Under the pieces are notes generated by a model. That model was given only the letters and a program-made list of their open reading frames with translations. It was not told where the DNA came from and did no database searches. Below are positions 31,349-32,000 of a stretch of DNA of 32,000 nt, piece by piece. Origin of the DNA: Candidatus Saccharimonadota bacterium (GTDB lineage Bacteria; Pseudomonadota; Gammaproteobacteria; Enterobacterales; Enterobacteriaceae); the NCBI GenBank assembly GCA_049942965.1, contig CP188088.1:240001-272000 (forward strand). Reading direction: 5' to 3'. Numbering within the stretch: position 1 is the stretch's first letter; each line of letters begins with the position of its first letter. A program made the position numbers and the translations under genes.

Positions 31349-32000
31349 ATGAAAAATATTTTAAATAAAATAAATAATTTATCCTCTCTTTCTGAGAAAG
31401 AAAGTTATTTTTTTTTTAAAAAGCTAGTAATTGGAAAAATTCCTAATTTTATTTTAAAAAACGTACTATATAAAATGCACGTAAAGGGAGAGAAGAAAAC
31501 AGAAATATTAGGAGCTGTAAAAGCTTTTTTAGAACAAAAAAAATATTTTCCAAAACCTGATTATTTATATGCTGATATAGTAGGAACAGGTGGAGATGGA
31601 AAAAATCTAATTAATATTTCAACTATTAGTGCTATAGTTTCTTCTTTATGTGGATTAAAAATTATAAAACATTGTAATAATAGCATTACTGGAACTATAG
31701 GTTCTGCTGATTTATTAAATTTTTTTAAAATGCCAATTGATGTTAATCCAAGTACTTCTAGATATTTACTAGAAAAATATAATTTATGTTTTTTATTAGC
31801 AAATAAGTTTTATTCTAGTTTTAAATACTATAAAAAAGTAAGACAAGAATTAAAAATTCCTACAATATTTAATTTAATTGCTCCACTTTTAAATCCATCT
31901 TCTCCTCCATTAGCATTAATTGGAGTTTATGATGAAAAGCTTTTATTTCCTATGATCGAAGTATGTAAAGAACTAAACTATAGTAGAGTAATGTTAGTAA
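31349..32000 (+). CDS. trpD: anthranilate phosphoribosyltransferase (5' part; runs off the window end)
   Basis: This ORF is not in the track because it has no stop inside the window. It is open from ATG 31349 to 32000. My translation gives ...[54 protein letters not shown]...[15 protein letters not shown]...[22 protein letters not shown]. This is colinear with the E. coli TrpD domain ([54 protein letters not shown]...). Confidence 0.9.
   Translation, partial: [217 protein letters not shown]

Overview
Read by eye, this window is extremely A+T-rich (roughly four-fifths A/T; not computed) and densely packed with housekeeping genes of a reduced gammaproteobacterial (Enterobacterales-derived) genome. 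I can support 25 protein genes: rpsA, ihfB, tpiA, pfkA, gpmA, sucB, sucA, ybgI, fldA, gapA, lolE, lolD, lolC, mfd, pgl, bioB, glyA, hisS, rlmN, suhB, cysB, topA, rluB, a yedA-like DMT transporter, and the 5' part of trpD. From memory, this gene order, the composition and the Lys/Asn/Ile-rich proteins match Buchnera aphidicola (aphid obligate endosymbiont). That is an inference, not a database result. I found no rRNA, tRNA, CRISPR array, IS, phage or integrase genes, no defence or toxin-type genes, and no unexplained multi-gene cluster, so I do not claim a novel system. The points worth a second look concern genome erosion. (1) Three conserved genes (ihfB, lolE, rlmN) are each broken only by a frameshift inside a long poly(A) tract, and in all three one extra A restores the frame. 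(2) mfd encodes only the C-terminal part: RNAP-interaction domain, translocase and D7. (3) There are deletion scars relative to E. coli synteny: rodZ-ispG are missing between rlmN and hisS, cmk is missing upstream of rpsA, sdh/sucCD are missing around sucAB, and bioB stands without other bio genes. (4) There are a few statistically unusual hairpins or palindromes at convergent gene junctions. (5) There are local substitutions in otherwise conserved motifs (SucB E3-binding domain, TrpD KHGNR motif). The antisense ORFs in the supplied track are shadow ORFs.
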